Assembly (NCBI GenBank): GCA_024137785.1
Contig: JAHRHZ010000023.1
Span: 4,976,087-5,040,086 of the forward strand
DNA length: 64,000 nucleotides
DNA from: Ginglymostoma cirratum
Lineage: Eukaryota
Reading direction: 5' to 3'
The notes under the pieces are model-generated. The model did not search any database and was not told where the DNA came from. It saw only the letters and a program-made list of their open reading frames with translations. Shown piece after piece: positions 62,034 through 64,000 of this stretch (within the stretch, counting starts at the first letter, position 1; each line of letters opens with the position of its first letter). Made by a program: the position numbers and the translations under genes.

Positions 62034-62123
62034 CAGAGAAGGGTTTAGGCCCGAAACGTCAAGTTTTCCTGCTCCTATGATGCTGCTTGACCTGCTGTGT
62101 TCATCCAGCCCCATGCTTGTTAC
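62034..62123 (+). mobile_element. 90-bp PLE-derived hammerhead cassette (same family as 31628-31858), 5' core broken
   Basis: GAAGGGTTTAGGCCCGAAACGTC. Exact 15-bp TSD CCTTGATTTTCTTTT at 62019-62033 and 62124-62138. Confidence 0.85.
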
Positions 62124-62454
62124 CCTTGATTTTCTTTTTCTCAGTTGGCTAATGTTTGTCACAAATCATGATTGTAAGAATATTCCTGTGGATTTGTACT
62201 AATCCCTTCCAACTCTCTGGTGATCTCCAACAAATCCACAAGGATGTCCTTGGTGTTTGAATGTGAAGCACAGTTCTAAGTTTGTGAGTGATTCAACAAA
62301 CCACAGCAAAGACCCATCGACAAGGTGGATGGGGAAAGCTGTTACAGTGTGCTTGTGTGTAAACAGCCTTCTGAACTTGCCAGATTCAAGGAGATTAACT
62401 CTATCTCGAATCACCCTAGTGGGACTGCAAGTGTGGGCAGTAGGCATGCCAAAT

Positions 62455-62925
62455 TCTGCAAAGCAGAGGAACTTTACCAGAATGTTACCAGGGCTTGAAA
62501 ACTGCAGCTCTAAGGAAAGCTTGGACAGGCTTCATCGTTGTTTTCCTGAGAATAGGGGAGACGGAGAGGGGACTTAATTGGAAGTGTACAAAGTAACAAA
62601 GGTAGGCTGGACATGTTTCCCTTTGGGAGAGAGGTCAAGTACCGGCGCCGAGGGGGGAACAGATTTAAGGTGATGGGCAGAAGGATTCAAGAAGCCATGA
62701 GGGAAAGCTGTTTCACCCAGAGGGTGGTGGCCATCTGAAATTTGCTATCCCAGTTTTGGGGGTTGAGGCAGAAATCCTCAACTCACTTAAAAGGAACCTG
62801 GATCTGCTCCTGAAGCTCTGAAGCCTTTGAGGCAATGGACTAGACGTTGCAAAGTAGCGTTAGAATGGGTGCCTAGTTTATTCAGCTGGTACAGGCATAA
62901 GGGGCTGAATGGCCTCTTTCTGACC
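62455..62925 (+). mobile_element. CR1 LINE 3' fragment
   Basis: QRNFTRMLPGLENCS; TTTCACCCAGAGGGTGGTG; GGGCTGAATGGCCT. Confidence 0.82.
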
Positions 62926-63399
62926 TTGTCTGGTATGAACTGAGTCTCCAGTAAGTGGCTGCAAGGACAGGCCTGCTGGGTCAGGATGGATCCCCTTTGT
63001 GAATTATTACCTGCAAATAAATTTCAACCAATCATTGTGGCAGCTGTCTCCCTGCAAAGCCACTTCCAACCTTTCTGGCTAAAAAGGGAAGGTAATTACA
63101 GTGAGAGAGGGGATAGTGTAGGCTGAAACAAGCCTAGGAATTGTTGGAGAAACTCAGCAGGTCTGGTAGCACCTGTAGAGAGAGAAACAGTGTTAACATT
63201 TCCAGCCCAGTGATGACACGACTAATAGTGGAGGCTGACTCTGAATTGTTGAGTACTCTGGGGGGGTCCTGCAATGCATGAACCATTCAAATGGTGACGG
63301 ATCTGAATGGCTGGTGTATGTGATGTCTCATCAAGACTCTTCCTCACTGATGGGCCTTTGATAAGAGAGTTCTGTCTCCACAACATGAAGGACAGTGAT

Positions 63400-64000
63400 G
63401 ACCAAATCTCAATTTAGTGCTGTTATGTCTGAGCTGTGAACAGAGAAATCGACTCTTCTAAAAAATTACATCATCAACACTCTGTTTTAAGAGACATGGT
63501 GTAGTTTGCTTTGGAAGGTTGAGATGCATTATAATTAAAGTCTTTCAAATGACAAAGGAATTCAGTTGGGTAGATGTTGAGGATTCAGTTCCATTGAATA
63601 GGGAGGCTAGAACCATCTTATAGTTAGAGCCAGGTCATTAGAGAAGAAAATCAAGGAGCACCTTTTCACCCAAGGTCTGGGTCAGTTTCCACCTCTCTCC
63701 TCAATTTTACGCACAGAATCAATTAATGGTCTGAAGGGTGAGATTAGATATGAATGAGGAGCAGGAGTAGGCCATTTAGCCCTTGAAGCCTACTGCACCA
63801 TTTGATAAGATCACGACTGATCTGAGCATGTTCCAAATTCCACATTCCCATCACAGTGTGCACCAGCGACAAGACCCACTGCTGTAACTCAACAAACATC
63901 CTCAGACAGCACCTTCCAAACCGATGAACACGACTATCTAGAAGGACATGGGCAGCAGGTTCAATGGGAGCACCATGGGGGAGGCGATGGCCTAATGGTA
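63400..64000. mobile_element. Mosaic of CR1 and L2/CR1-group LINE ends plus the start of a family B SINE (63977-64000)
   Basis: GGAGCAGGAGTAGGCCATT, CAGCACCTTCCAAACC, GGGAGGCGATGGCCTAATGGTA. Confidence 0.65.

Overview
Vertebrate genomic DNA, very likely a shark (inferred from the SINE, CR1 and Penelope repeat content), with two assembly gaps. The only host gene is a + strand Shisa8/Shisa9-type (CKAMP, AMPA-receptor auxiliary subunit) gene. Coding exon 1 (6651-7162) lies in a CpG island behind a 26-bp minisatellite and a uORF. Exon 2 (22345-22469, 125 nt) is missing from the ORF track, and I found no exon 3, so the rest of the window appears to be intron 2. The introns hold decayed CR1/L2-group LINEs, a Rex1/Babar fragment, a Gypsy gag-protease relic and several tRNA-derived SINE families. 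The most notable pattern is a dense population of Penelope-like element (PLE) pieces whose terminal repeats carry minimal type I hammerhead ribozyme motifs (CUGANGA-stem II-GAAA-palindromic stem III) in at least four sequence families. Many are 90-600 bp non-coding insertions flanked by 14-15 bp target-site duplications (TSDs), often as head-to-head foldbacks. Repeat boundaries were read by eye and are approximate.
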